From Ylistrum balloti (taxonomy: Eukaryota): a DNA stretch of 64,000 bases. Below, piece after piece: positions 12,701 to 26,633 of the stretch. Both the position numbers and the translations under genes were made by a program. The stretch covers positions 744,001 to 808,000 of the forward strand of contig NW_026782361.1 of assembly GCF_031769215.1 (NCBI RefSeq), written 5' to 3'. A model generated the notes under the pieces. That model searched no databases, had not been told where the DNA came from, and saw only the letters and a program-made list of their open reading frames with translations. The stretch's first letter is position 1. Every line of letters begins with the position of its first letter.

Positions 12701-14465
12701 TGAAAAATACATGTAACAAGCACATTAATAATGGTAATCTGTTTTAGTATTACATCAGTTGTAAACTTCATTTATTTATTCCCTTTTACAACAATTACAA
12801 AACAAGCTAATGACTTATACTAATCACTATTGTTGGCTTTGATTGAAGTGCATCTGGGGTCTTACTTTGGAAGGAAACCAGAGTACCCGTGGAAAACCTA
12901 TGTGGTCAGACAGGTGAGCCGATACCTTTTCATGTTTAATTATAGAATCAATCTCTGGTCACCTGAGTGAAAGGCACCTGCATAACCACTGTGCCATCCA
13001 AGCACTTAACTACATTAATCATACTCACTCGACTCTTGACATTTTCATCAAACACAAGACTATCCCACATGCCATGGAGATCACGGGCAGGAAGAAGCCA
13101 GTGTGAGGCTGCTGCAAGGTCTTCCTCATCAAGTTCCTCCATTCCTGGGCCATCCTCCTGTAGCTGGAATACGTGGAGCTTCAACTGTCTCCCACATAGA
13201 TCTATTGTCTGGGAATATCAATTGAATATGAATAGGTCTGTTGCCAATAACTCACTGAAAAGTCTATCATCTATAGGGACACATTTTTCTGACTTTTTTC
13301 AGCAGGTTAAGACATGTATATGTTACCTGTCTGTTGGAGCCACTGAGGTCGGAATAACAGTAAGTTAAGACATGTTACCTGTCTGTTGGAGCCACTGAGG
13401 TCAGAATAACAGTAAGTAAAGACATGTATATGTTACCTGTCTGTTTGAGCCACTGAGGTCGGAATAACAGTAAGTTAAGACATGTATATATTACCTGTTT
13501 GTTTGAGCCACTGAGGTCAGAATCACAGAGCGCTACTGAGTTAACATGTTCTTGTAAGAACGGATCATCAAATTCAGTTAGGACAAAATCACCATAGGCA
13601 ACTCTCTGTCTGTGTAGAAGGCCAAGCACATGTTCTTTCACAATACTTCCTTGAGCTGTGCTAAATGATTAAACGGAAACGAAATACAAAAATTAGAATC
13701 TGAAGTTTCATATGGAATAAAATAAATGAGACAAAAGTTGGTACAAATACATATATAGTAAATATCAGTATATTTCAACTCCATAGAGTTCTAAACAATG
13801 AGAGATTAACCATTAAAACATGTATATTATAGACACTCCTCTGTGTAACCTAAAACGTTATTCAATGCAAGCACTATAGTTTATAGCAAGGTATGTATTT
13901 CTGTTTTATTTGCCCAAAAGTACAGAACTTAATTCATTTGCAGCTGCAACCATCATTTTATTTATATCAGCAGTGGTATTAATACAGTCTGTATTTGACC
14001 TAAAGCAAGAAAGACAATCCCAAGCAATCCCATTCACTAATGAAGCATTAATTTAGTGCGAGTCCTTTTGTCTTGCATGAATTTATTGTTTTTCTCCTGA
14101 AACCAATTTTCTATTGTATGACTTTAACATTTAGATCCGAAAAGCAAAGCCAATCAACTGCAATCACTTTCAGAAAAATAAAGCAGCAATGTTAGAATTT
14201 TTGGGTTTCCAGTTGGAGCTGAATTATTACAAAGAATCTTTCGTTAGGACTACAGAACCAATGAAGACAACAGAAGACTGTTGAACTTTACAAACACTGG
14301 TAGAGGGATCCTGACAACTTAATTTGTCTATTCAAGTATTATACTATATTCTTACCTTGAAGGACTTTGACAAATTTCAATATGGTAGACTGGACTGATG
14401 ACCGGAGAACCAGAATGTCCATGATCACCTAGCTCCGATACCTGATCCACAGTGATAGCTGACAT
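6726..14465 (-). CDS. TRIP13: Pachytene checkpoint protein 2 homolog / TRIP13 AAA+ ATPase, 11 coding exons, 435 aa
   Basis: Exons (-): 14465-14356, 13660-13495, 13208-13029, 12464-12374, 11203-11067, 10555-10469, 10251-10145, 9582-9429, 8742-8630, 8159-8090, 6818-6726. All GT-AG with consistent phases, 1308 nt in total. Walker [38 protein letters not shown], Walker [50 protein letters not shown] probable 5'UTR intron has its acceptor near 14480 and a candidate donor at 15304-15305. Confidence 0.97.
7365..8089. repeat. 36-bp minisatellite, ~20 copies, TRIP13 intron 10
   Basis: Unit GATCTACTGTCTTGTAGATGTATCACCTACCAGCT[G/A]; it begins at the exon-10 donor (8088-8089). Confidence 0.95.
12221..12415. 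repeat. 75-bp tandem duplication of TRIP13 exon-4 3' end plus donor
   Basis: Donor-like junctions occur at exon-end positions 12374 (true), 12299 and 12224; ~40 nt of exon tail is copied with a few mismatches. Confidence 0.9.
12860..12996 (-). mobile_element. tRNA-derived SINE relic (V/Meta-type core)
   Basis: Minus strand has a tRNA-like head GGCACAGTGGTTATGCAGGTGCCTTTCACTCAGG...GATTGATTC followed by core GGTTTTCCACGGGTACTCTGGTTTCC, resembling the GGTTTTCTCCGGGTACTCCGGTTTCC SINE core. Confidence 0.65.
13305..13525. repeat. ~58-bp tandem repeat (4 copies) of TRIP13 exon-2 3' end plus donor
   Basis: Unit TTACCTGTCTGTTGGAGCCACTGAGGTCGGAATAACAGTAAGTTAAGACATG(TATA); donor copies at exon-end 13495 (true), 13437, 13379 and 13327. 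Confidence 0.9.
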
Positions 14466-16049
14466 AATGTGCGAGCTTCTGCTGGACAGAAAATATTGGT
14501 ATATTGTAAATATTGACAGATTTTGACGAATATTCAACTTGTTTGAAATCTCACCAATATCATGCCATGTGCCAATTTTGGTTTAAATCTGACAATTAAA
14601 TAAAAAATAAAAATTGAATTTATTTCACAGAAACAAAATCATTTATTTAGAGGATTCTTAGTTCTGTAACTCTAGCAAATGTTTATAGATTTTAACCAAT
14701 ATCACACTATTCCGAGATTTTATTGATCTAGAGCAATATACTAAATTTTACTCAAATCTTACAGAAAAAGTTTATACTATTTGGAGTTTGGTAAGTTAAT
14801 ATGTTTTATTGTTATGTCCAAATATTACTTTTTCATCCAATGTCGATGTTAGGTGTTCCATTTCCGATTTATATTTGTCTTTGTATGTACATGGGAAAGG
14901 AATTAATATAAGTTAAAGATCTATTTGGAGTTTGGAGTTAAAGATCCTTAATTCAGAGACGTATATATGTGATATATACGTCTCTGCTTAATTGTAAATG
15001 GAATGGTGAATAATTGTAATTCAACATTCAATAGTTTATTAGTCTACAAAAGAATTGTGTATTTCATACATTCAGAGATATATTTATTCACTGAAAGAAT
15101 GATGCACAACATTTTATATGATAATTGAGATAATTAGATAGCAATCTAAGCTTCATACCAGCTACATATCATTATATGAAATTCATAATCCAGATACAGC
15201 TAATACATCATATCGTGAGCTTTAAAGAAAATTATACATTTTAGGAGAAATTCCAAATAAAAACCAGATAGAGTCATGCTTAATGGCTTATCAACATAGT
15301 ATTACCTGATTAAATGCGGTTCTAAAGGTGTTTCTGATCAGGCCTAAGTAAATCAGAAAGCACGTTGAAACAAACTGTTGATTCCTGGAAATCGTTACAT
15401 GACTAAAAGCGATATATCCAATATAGAAAATTGTGTATGACATATGAATGACAACATTGGTATAAGAATAAAGACTTATGTAGTTAAAGTTATATAGCAA
15501 CCAGTTCATTCAAGCTCACAAACATCAGGCTAATATTGCTCTTCAAATCTGGCGGTAGTCAGCTGCAAAGCGTTCTCGTGACAGGTCTTAGTCGTGAAAA
15601 TGTTTTGAATTGAAGGCGTAGAGGTACTTTTTTTTACCGTATTTCTTGTAAAAAAAAGTGTCCATATTCTTTTCGCTGTTATCACAACTCAAGTTAGAAT
15701 TGGGGCCATATGGAGCTTATCTGCATAAAATATTAACCCGAATTAAAAAGGAAATATGAAAATACCAATCTGAAATAAATTGTCAACTTCGAATTCGCAT
15801 TTTCACAACAGGTATCAAGGATACTGCAGAGAAAGTGCCTTAAAACTGTGAGTTTCGGGTTTTGCGGGGAATTCAGCAATTATTTAATAGAGAAAACAAC
15901 GGATGCTGGCTGAGGACTACTGTATTCGCATCAATTTATGATGTACAATAATGATTGGTTTTTCTTGTGTACGTTGCATTCACTTAGCGTTTAACCAATT
16001 ATCAAAACGATTAACTGTCAGATTTAGGATATGTTTTTCTCTCTCGTTT

Positions 16050-16660
16050 CACAGTGTTGTTCAGTAATATTTCAAATTGTACAACAACAGGTGTGTATCT
16101 CTTACATACGACACGGTAACTCAAAATTATTTTTTTTCTGATAACTACATGGCATCATTTTAAAAATATTTGTTGCGAATGTCCCCTTGTCTTACTGTTC
16201 GTGTTGATCTAGATTAAATTATTAACACGACTCGAATGCAATTGAAGATTTTATTGTAGACATTCATCATTTCGTCTTTCTTTCTGCCAAAAATGATGGG
16301 TTTAGTTTCTGTGCGCATCCCATGTAAGTTAGATTTTCACATCCTGGTATGAACTGGCATACTCCGAGTGTGACCTTACAATTGCCTTAAATATCAATTT
16401 AGATAATCCATATAGGTAAACGATCTTCTAATTAATCCCAAAGTGATCTCCGTCTGGCTTACACCAAGTTAGAGATGTGATCTACGAATCAAAATCTGTA
16501 TCAACAGTCACTCCAATGTCTTCCTCGGATGTTATATTATCGAGCTCTACTTGTTCGGCTGGTGGCCCCGACATGTAATATTTTCTTTCTTCTGTAGATC
16601 TGACCGATAACACTGTACATTCGTTTAGATGAATTTTAAGTAGCCATTTCGCTGACCACA
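16050..16660 (-). mobile_element. CR1-type LINE 3' fragment (RT C-terminus), degenerate
   Basis: Minus-strand peptides LLKIHLNECTVL...EEDIGVTVD, LGLIRRSFTYMD, VRSHSEYASS and TRGHSQQI match CR1 RT C-terminal motifs (EKDLGV.VD, LGLIRRSF, VRPHLEYASSVW, TRGHS). Confidence 0.75.
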
Positions 16661-17467
16661 AACGGTTGGGGTTTATTAAAATCGTTTTGCAGAATGCTTA
16701 TATCATTGTTATTTTTAAGACCGTTAGCAGGTGTAATTGCGTAGATCGACCTGATCAAAAACCAAACTGACTATTACAATGTGAATAATTTTCATTCCTT
16801 TTACTTTTTTTTTCACCTGGATTTTCCCAATTACGTTTGTTAAACACATGTCATGTAATGCTTTATTCTCAATGAATTGATCACATCAGACGAAAAATAC
16901 CGGCGTTGTAGTATAATCATGTTCACAAGCACCCGTGAACCTCATTGCATTACGACGCAAAAACGTTCTCCCTCCCCAATTTTTTATGAGAACCAAGCAA
17001 AGTACTATTAATACTAAAACCTATTCATTGTCTCTAATAAACAGAATGTGATATCAGTTTAAACCATCGTCTTATAATCTCCCAGAGTCTTTAGTATGGC
17101 GAACGAATATTTTAGAATGCTATAATATCTGTCTATTTATCGAATTTGAATTGAATGGGATGCTTCAGGTTTATAACTGACGAGGAAAATGAAATTGTGC
17201 ATATTGTATTAGTACTGGTGTTCAGAGAGTCGATGCACGAGTATTTGTTCAGGTAGTAAAACAATTGTGTCACAGAACAATATATGCCGTCACCCCATGC
17301 CAACATGAAACACATCATTGTATCAAAATAATGATAATAAAAATTTAGAATCTAAGTCTACTATTTCAAAGTGAAATCTGCCGCAATGTTCGATAAAGGT
17401 GGCATTAAAATGCTCCTCAGTTACCGAGAAACCCAGATCTCTGATCAAGATAGATGAAAGAACTATG

Positions 17468-17469
17468 AA

Positions 17470-17500
<31 letters not shown>
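17468..17500. repeat. (AAAT)n microsatellite
   Basis: About 8 consecutive AATA units. Confidence 0.9.
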
Positions 17501-17589
17501 AATGAAATTTAAGAAAAAGATAAATATAAAGACTGCATTTATTTTACAACAATTGCGGAAAAAAGTTGACCAGTTATTTGAAGGGGCGG

Positions 17590-17760
17590 GGTGTCTTACT
17601 ATGGGATGTGGGAGGAAAGAGGAAACTGAAGTACTCTGGGGGAGAGGGGACCCAGGAGGTCGTTGACTCTAGACATTTTCACGTCAGTTCCTTGATCGAA
17701 CCTTGGACGGCTAGGCCTAGACGAAAGGCGAGTACGTTACCATTGCAACACTCCGGACCA
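17590..17760 (-). mobile_element. tRNA-derived SINE relic, similar core to the 12.9 kb copy
   Basis: Plus strand GTGGGAGGAAAGAGGAAACTGAAGTACTCTGGGG (reverse core), then GATCGAACC and AAAGGCGAGTACGTTACCATTGC (reverse B-box and tRNA head). Confidence 0.55.
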
Positions 17761-18003
17761 ACATTAATTAGGATCAATGAAAGAAACGAAGGTCGATAAC
17801 TCTACAAAATAAAATAGAGTTACAAAAGCAAGCAAACAAATAAAAAGGCAAATTAAGTTTATATCATGACATTTAAAACAGCAGTTACTGATTTATATCA
17901 CATTCCTTGTTTATTCACCTTACACGGAGTTTTTATGCATGAAATATCCGGAAACAGAATGTCGTGCGATTCTGTTGTTATAATTTCATCATTGTTTCCG
18001 GTT

Positions 18004-21000
18004 ATGGCTACTATTACGAAAACATACCGGGGCACATGGTCATTTTTATCATATATTAGGCGAAATGAAAAGAGAAATGCAGTTCTAACACGTGCACGGA
18101 ACACTGAACCTTCTCAACAGTTAAGATTTTGCAGTTCAAGGGGAACAATTAACACCAGTAATCGGCAGTATTGCCTTGATTTGATACAGTGAGTTTGACA
18201 TTGCTTCACCCTGTCATAGATCTAGTGTGAGGTTGGATAATTCGTACGGTTCTCTTTTCCTTGATAAAAGTTTGCTATAGCAACACTCTAAGGTGATGTT
18301 AACAAGTACAGTGTCAATGTTTGATTTGATCCAACCGAGACCTTCATTTTGCATATTGCAATTAGGATTTTGATGATAGGTGTTAAAACTGATGATCGTG
18401 ATGTGGTTTTGAAAATGTTGAAGGTTTCAAGGAGGCCAATTACAATGTACTTGTGAGTTAATGCGTCTACTTAGGTGAAATGCAGGGAGTGGGTAGGGTG
18501 TTCCCAGACAGATGAGCAATATTGATACTGAAATCATTTGGCCATGTCATTTTCACATTGGAGACTTAGGTTTAATTCCATTATGGACAGCTGACAGAGA
18601 TGTGTGTTTTCCCCGTTCTTTTATATAGACTTAACCTATTATTTGCAAAAAGCCAAAGAGTACTGAATTTCCTGTAACCTGATGACAGGTCATTGATATA
18701 GATAAAGTATAGAATTGGTCTGAGAACTGTGGTGGGAAACACTTTGACTTATATATGGATAAAAAGTTCTTTTTTTAAATGACTGCTATTTCATTATTTT
18801 CAGAAAGTTTGACCATGAAAACTTTCTATGCACTCTTCTTTACTCAAAATCTGCACGAGAAGCTGCTATTGCCATCAGAGCCTTCAATGTAGAGATTGCA
18901 CAGGTGAGTTAAAACATAACATATTCAAATCCCTTGGTAGTTATTCCAATATGAAGAAATACAAAGTACATTCATTAAGAATTTTTCAGTATAAAAAGAC
19001 ATATCTATGATGCTATATGGCATTTCACATTTTATGATATGTAGCTTTATTCAACAAAAGCAGATATATTGTTGTTAAAAGGTTACAAAACAATAATAAT
19101 AATATTTTTGTAGTCTTCAATTGTAATAATGTTTTGGAAGTCTTTAATTATAATAATAGTTTGGTAGTCTTCAGTTACAATAATATTTTGGTAGTCCTCA
19201 GTCATAATGTCTTGAGATATTTCTGTAGTGAAGTCCATGAATACATAATTGAAGGAAAATTATCAGATCAGATAGTATAGTATAATTATACATGTGTTTG
19301 ATGAAGTTAATTTAATTAACATTACTAGTCACAAAAACATAAAAATCCTAAATTACCATTCTTGTAAATTAAATAACAAGGTTTTTTATGATTTAGAATT
19401 TTACTTGTTCTGGTAGGTTCAGGATGTTGTCTCAGACAAACAGCGGGGAGCTATGCGAATGGTGTTTTGGAGGGATACCATCGAAAAGATATACCAGGTA
19501 AAAAACATACCAGTTAACCTTCATCACTACAATAGATTATAAAATATCATTACAGGCATATGTGTTACACCTACTGCGATGACCTAGTTATACTTCATCA
19601 CAGGAGGTAAACAGATCATTTAACCTACATACAGGACAGAAGTTTATCAGATGTATGTACTATACCTAGAATGCTGTTTTCTTTGATGTTCATCAATTGA
19701 GATAAACTATTCAGTGACCATTACATTATATATAGACTGATAACCAATTTTGTATACATGTTATGTTGTTTTGTTTTGTGCTGTGTTGTGTACCTCGTAA
19801 TACAATATACTGGTGATCAGACATATCTATATTAACTGTATATCAGACATATACTGGTGATCAGACATATCTGTAATAATACTATATCAGGCGTATACTG
19901 GTGATCAGACATATCTGTAATAATACTATATCAGGCGTATACTGGTGATCAGACATATCTGTATTAACTGTATATCAGACATATACTTGTAACCAGACAT
20001 ATCTGTAGTTATAATTACAGATCCTACAGGGTAATATTTCACTCCATTAATACCAAGTTTTTCCATTTCAGGGCTCCCCTCCCCAACAACCTATAGCACT
20101 GCAGCTAGCCAAGGTATAGTTATGTACAAGACAATTAAATTCAACCCATGTCCATCAATATGTTAATAATAATCACTGTTTTTAGGAAACTCTTCTTTTC
20201 TGTTATGGCAAAATATCTCAAGTTCTGTAATGCCAGTTGCATTCAAACTTTAACAGATTCTACTCCAAAGGAAGTTTTTGTGTGGGTGTGATTTTTAAAG
20301 GTAAAAGTCACTATTAGTATAGAAAATTTGTTTTTGCAAAATATCTCATTTGTTTGGATGATTACAATCAGCCTGTCTCCCATGGTTTTTCATAGGCAGT
20401 GTTAACCCTTTTTTCACATTTAAAGGTTAAGTTCATCATTACTATAAATAGAAATGCAAATTTACATTTAAAGGTCACCAGGTCAAAGATGAAGGTCAAA
20501 TTTGAAATGCTTATATCTCATGTGCATATAAAGCAATTATCAAAAATTCAACATCATTGTAACACTTGACATCATTCGTTGATATTTATGTAATTAAGGT
20601 AGGTAAATGTACTTCATATCTGATTGGCCATAGTGTAACCATTCTTTATTCTTTAACCAGACTTTAGTTTCTTTATGAATTGAACATTGAAAGTTAGGAA
20701 GATAAATTCCTTGAATTTGATTGTTTTTTCTGTTTTAGGTCATATCTGAGAACAAGCTGACAAAAAAGTGGTTCATGAGGTGTATAGATGCCAGGGTAAG
20801 TCCTTTAAGGTAAATCACCATTACAGAGATGAGGTGTGTAGACACTGTCTCCTTTACTTTGAGGTGAGGGTAAATCACCATTACAGAGATGAGGTGTGTA
20901 GACACTGTCTCCTTTACTTTGAGGTGAGGGTAAATCACCATTACAGAGATGAGGTGTGTAGACACTGTACAGAGATGAGGTGTGTAGACACTGTCTCCTT

Positions 21001-24000
21001 TACTTTGAGGTGAGGGTAAATCACCATTACAGAGATGAGGTGTGTAGACACTGTCTCCTTTACTTTGAGGTGAGGGTAAATCACCATTACAGAGATGAGG
21101 TGTGTAGACACTGTCTCCTTTACTTTGAGGTGAGGGTAAATCACCATTACAGAGATGAGGTGTGTAGACACTGTCTCCTTTACTTTGAGGTGAGGGTAAA
21201 TCACCATTACAGAGATGAGGTGTGTAGACACTGTCTCCTTTACTTTGAGGTGAGGGTAAATCACCATTACAGAGATGAGGTGTGTAGACACTGTCTCCTT
21301 TACTTTGAGGTGAGGGTAAATCACCATTACAGAGATGAGGTGTGTAGACACTGTCTCCTTTACTTTGAGGTGAGGGTAAATCACCATTACAGAGATGAGG
21401 TGTGTAGACATGTCTCCTTTACTGAGGTGTGAGGTGAGGGTAAATCACCATTACAGAGATGAGGTGTGTAGACACTGTCTCCTTTACTTTGAGGTGAGGG
21501 TAAATCACCATTACAGAGATGAGGTGTGTAGACACTGTCTCCTTTACTTTGAGGTGAGGGTAAATCACCATTACAGAGATGAGGTGTGTAGACACTGTCT
21601 CCTTTACTTTGAGGTGAGGGTAAATCACCATTACAGAGATGAGGTGTGTAGACACTGCCTCCTTTACTTTGAGGTGAGGGTAAATCACCATTACAGAGAT
21701 GAGGTGTGTAGACACTGTCTCCTTTACTTTGAGGTTAGGGTAAATCACCATTACAGAGATGAGGTGTGTAGACACTGGGATATGTCTCCTTTACTTTTAG
21801 GTTAGAGTAAATCACCATTACAGAGATGAGGTGTGTAGACGCTGGGGTATGTCTCCTTTACTTTTAGGTAAGGGGAAATCACCATTACAGAGATGAGGTG
21901 TGTAGACGCTGGGGTATGTCTCCTTTACTATGAGGTGAGGGTAAATCACCAATACAGAGATGGATTAATATAAAAGCACTGAACTGTCTCGTTTTGGCAT
22001 TCATGGTCAATATAACTGCCAGAGATTTTTTTGGCAAACATTAAAGCGGAAATTACCTTAGATTTCAACATCGGGAAATGGAGAATTCGGCTTATGAATA
22101 ATGAAATATATCCATAATAAAGAGATACACAGGGCTATAACGTAAAATATGAATAAATTATTCAACAAAATAACCCCTCAAGTGGAACAGCATTTTTAAT
22201 AGGAAATTGTCATCATTTCTATCCCAACATCATGTGTTTAATGACATTTATTGTTTCTGAAATCACACATATTTTGGTACTTTATGTACTTTTCAGCACT
22301 ATTGCTGTACACCTGTAAGTACCTATTCATAATTACATCAATATTGTAATATGTGTCCATGCTCCACTCAATATCTTTATACTTGTAGGCGGACTGTCTG
22401 GAGAATGATTCCTTCAGATCTATAAATGACCTTGAGGATTATTGTGAAAACTCAGTGTCATCAGTCATGTACCTGATCCTAGAAAGTTTGGGTAGGTTGT
22501 GTTATGATGTCTTTATAGTCAGATGGCCATAAAAACCCATGTCAATCACACTTAAAACTGAATTTGTGCTGCTCCAACACATCTAGTGTAGATGGATGCT
22601 AATCCTTAACTGGGGCTATAGAAGGGTATTTTTTCAGCAAGATAATAGATTGTTAACTAAGCTAGAAATTGAATTAAATTCTATGTACTTTAAAAGATAG
22701 TAAAACTTGTCAACATTTTGGTGTGTTTTTGGTGCTGTAAGTAAAGATATATTCAAACTGTGAAGAGTAACAGAGTTATCTTTACTCTGATCTGGAATAT
22801 TTTGTTGTCTAGGTATAAAGGATCTCCATGCTGACCATGCTGCCAGCCACATAGGACGTGCCCATGGCTTAGTGACCTTCCTCAGAGCTATTCCATTTAA
22901 CACCAGTCGAGGCCGAATCAATCTACCAACAGAGTTACTCATAAAGGTGTATATTTCTGTCATGTTTTAAAGAACCCAAGGTTATTTTTTCATAACCAAC
23001 ACAAATTTTGTCTCTCTTATGAAATATATATAGAATACATGGTCAATGTCTTAAAATAAAAGCTGTATTTTGGTGAGGGTGAAGAAAGCTAAAAATGGTG
23101 AGTCTTTGGCAAGATGCCTTTGTGTTTCTGCCACAAACCAAAATGCAGCTTATATTTTAAAATACTGACCATGTATTCTATTTATGCTGCAACACGGATT
23201 GAAAATCAACTTCAACTGTTTAGTATACCAATCTTTGCTTGCCTGATGTTGACATTATGCTGAATTTTGCCTAATGATTTACACAGAACTAATTTCTCCA
23301 TGCAGAAATATAGTTCCAAACTTTAAAGTGTATACCGGGGTAACAGCAATTTTATGAATTAAGAAATAAACTTGTTCATTGCAATATGTAAACTCAATCA
23401 TTGCTAAAATACAACTGTTTTTGCTGTCACTGACAAATACAGCAAAAATATATGAAGCAGGTGTATTCCGGCAATGGCTGTGCCAGTCGCAGGATACAAA
23501 GGTTTACAGATTTCTGTCACAATTTGATGAGATATACTGAATTTTCCACAAACAGCATGTATTTTCTCAACTTTGAACCAGGCAAAATATTACGCATTCA
23601 TGGTCCTCGTTACAGGGAAATATGAAGTTACATTTTCTGAATGTGTCATAACTCCAGAAGATAAAGAAATCTTCATATCTCAGTAAAATTAGAGCCATAA
23701 ATTGTATGTTATACCAAAAACATCATAAACACATTTTGAGTTTATAAACCAGGATAAATGATCTACAAAGTAAATAACATCAGTATACTCTATGAAACTG
23801 TTTACAGAAACAGATTGTTATCTTTGTATTTTATCCTTTGTTTTGTCAGATTATCTTACTTATGGTACTTGATTTTGATTTCTTTGACATCGTAAGATAA
23901 ACATTCAATGTTATTTTTACTTTCACAGTACAATGTGTCACAAGAAGATGTATATCGAGGGAAGAAGCCTGACCTTGTCAATGACATTGTGTATGATATT

Positions 24001-25276
24001 GCAAGTGTGGCTAATCAACATCTCCGTACTGTAAGTTAATCTTGTGTTATATAGTCTATAGTATTTGTTGACATGGTGTACTCAATGACACGCAAATGGC
24101 ACCACCTACTGCTTCTGCTATGATATGACTTTTCTGTTGAATTCACTATTGTTTTTATAATATATTGAAACTCAGTGGTTATCAAATGTAGACATAAGAG
24201 CTGTTATTTATCTTCCATACCTGCATCAAAATGTTTTGACTTTGAGGTAACTACATATTGTAAGCAATCAATATTTATGTAGTTACCCCAATGTTATTTC
24301 TTCTGATGCAGGTGGAGAGAAAAAAACATAATCCTTAAGAATCTTACTGACAAAAAAATTGTTATCTCATTTCCTGTGCTGTCAGTAATATGGCTATTCA
24401 GCTAATCAGCATCTCTGTATTTCAATTAAAATAGACCTACCATTGATGATTACGTCATTGTATTTTTCCATTTCATTTGTGAATAACAAGTTTTGAGATA
24501 GAAATAATTAAGAATGTATTATACACAAATTATATATATCATATAGAGTCTATTGTAATAACATCATTACACCTGAATTTCTATAAATTGCTGTTTATTC
24601 TGGAAGAAGTCATAAAAGATTGATTATTTCCAGGCTCGGTCGCTGAAGAAAGATGTGCCCAAGTCTGCTGTACCTACATTTCTGAACACTGTATGTATAC
24701 TTTATTCCTGGTGCTGATACATAGGATAATAAAGGTTAGAGGAAATAAAAGAAAAATAAGTAAATGCTAGACTAGAATGCATCTGCTACCACATAAATGT
24801 GCATCATTGTTTAACAAACTTCTATTGTTATGGTGACCTTGACCTTTGGACTCTGAATCACAAACTTGTCTGAAGTGTCTAAAACATGACCTTGAAGTTG
24901 CTGAAGTGATGACATTGATTTGGGACGAAGCAGACACTGGTAACAAATTGTATCATCAAAGGATCAAAAGACCTATGTTACTCCCAATCCAACACTACAG
25001 AATGATTTCAGAGTGCTGTTTAAGATTTAGAAAAACTGATGTATTTTAACTATTTTTATCACTTCATTGATTGTATTCTAAAAATGAAGATCACTCCACT
25101 GAATTAATGAATAGAATATTTAATGTTTTTTCCTTGCTGTTTTGTAGGTGATATGTGAAAAGTACCTGACAAATATTCAACAAGCTGGATTTAATGTGTT
25201 TGACACTAAATTACAGAGGAGAAATGGACTTCTTCCATTACAACTACTTATGCAGAGTATGAAAAAAACATACTAA
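18004..25276 (+). CDS. NDUFAF6: NADH dehydrogenase (ubiquinone) complex I assembly factor 6, 10 exons, 329 aa
   Basis: Exons (+): 18004-18188, 18804-18903, 19417-19497, 20072-20113, 20739-20795, 22389-22491, 22813-22946, 23929-24030, 24634-24690, 25148-25276 (990 nt). Peptides [53 protein letters not shown] and [11 protein letters not shown] match the squalene/phytoene-synthase-like NDUFAF6 family. Start codon choice (18004) is inferred. Confidence 0.96.
19807..20008. repeat. 44-bp minisatellite (~4.5 copies), NDUFAF6 intron 3
   Basis: Unit TATACTGGTGATCAGACATATCTGTAATAATACTATATCAGGCG. Confidence 0.9.
20775..21962. repeat. 60-bp minisatellite (~19 copies) starting at the NDUFAF6 exon-5 donor
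   Basis: Unit GGTAAATCACCATTACAGAGATGAGGTGTGTAGACACTGTCTCCTTTACTTTGAGGTGAG; central copies are near-identical. Confidence 0.97.
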
Positions 25277-26633
25277 TGCGAGAAAAAGTGTGGTAGCTGT
25301 CACTTCTGATAAAAAATAATTTTTGTTTATGTAAAATGAAAGAATAAATTCTCGTTGTGGCATTCTGTATTTATTTATCTTTCAGCTCTCTGCCTTCCCC
25401 TCTTCACATTTGTAGGTCACCTGGTCTAAACTTTCAAGTGTTACCAATGCATGCTACCTTTATAAATCAGTCTTTAACTTTTCAATTCTGACTCAAATGA
25501 AACAGTTTTAAACAAAACTTTATTATAATGTTCAGTCCTATTAGATATGATCCCAAAAAGTTAAAATATTTTTTTGAGTGATAGAAATAGGGAGTCCAAG
25601 ATGGATAGGCTTACCTCTGTGTGACAATTTATACTAATTTATCTAGTTGCCTTCAACTGGTGCGAAAGACCTTTTTTGTTTCTGATCAAGCAGTGAACAT
25701 GCTTCACCTTGGCTTTTAGAAGTCACAACACAAAACAACAAAATCCTGTGTATATGATTTATTTATATCCATGATTTATTTTTTATGATTGCTTTCTTGT
25801 ATTTTAACAAGATACATAAATTGAGTGTACAATGTCAGCACAAATAAATTTGTAGAAATATTATGACATGTCCATCATTTACAGAAACAGTAAGATGATT
25901 GCTATCATCAATAAATATCACAGACTTTAAATCATTAATATGTTAGTGCTCATTAATCCAGCTTCTTTGCTTGTCTTGTAAATGTATAGCAGTCACCATG
26001 CAGTCTTTGTAAAGGAGACAGATGATGATGATTAGATGGACATTTTTATTGCAGAATTCTCTATCACCACACAATCTGACTTCTATCTACATGGTGTCAG
26101 TAAAACTATTATATAAACTTTCCTCTAATTTTCTGTAATAATGTACTTTCTGTTACTGTAGAACATTTAAAATCGTTTGTAATATTTAGCCCTCAACCAC
26201 ACAAGTACTGCATTTCTTGAGGATTTTGACACAAATGGACATCACAGATTTTCTATACCTATGAGAATATAGCATTTACTTTTAGGAGATTAATGTGATA
26301 AATATGTACTGAGTTAACACATCAATTTCAGAAAAGGTCACATGACGGGTCCAATATTTTTAAAGTTAACACACCCAGTACAGTTAAGGTCACATGACAA
26401 GAGAGAAAAGTCACATGATGGGTACCAACAGAGTACATGTATACACATTCAGTTCAGGAAAGGTCACATGACAGATACGCAGAGTATATGTATACACAAT
26501 CATCAGTTCAATGATTCGATACATAAGTATACTTTTATTCACACCGAGGTATAGGTAAAAAAAATAGGTATTATCTTTAGTACAATATATTCATGTCACA
26601 ATGTAAGTTCAAGGTCACTTTGTGAGGTTACAG

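Noticed and set aside
20735-21805. ORFs with [20 protein letters not shown] / [20 protein letters not shown] repeats
   Set aside because: Translations of the 60-bp intronic minisatellite inside NDUFAF6.
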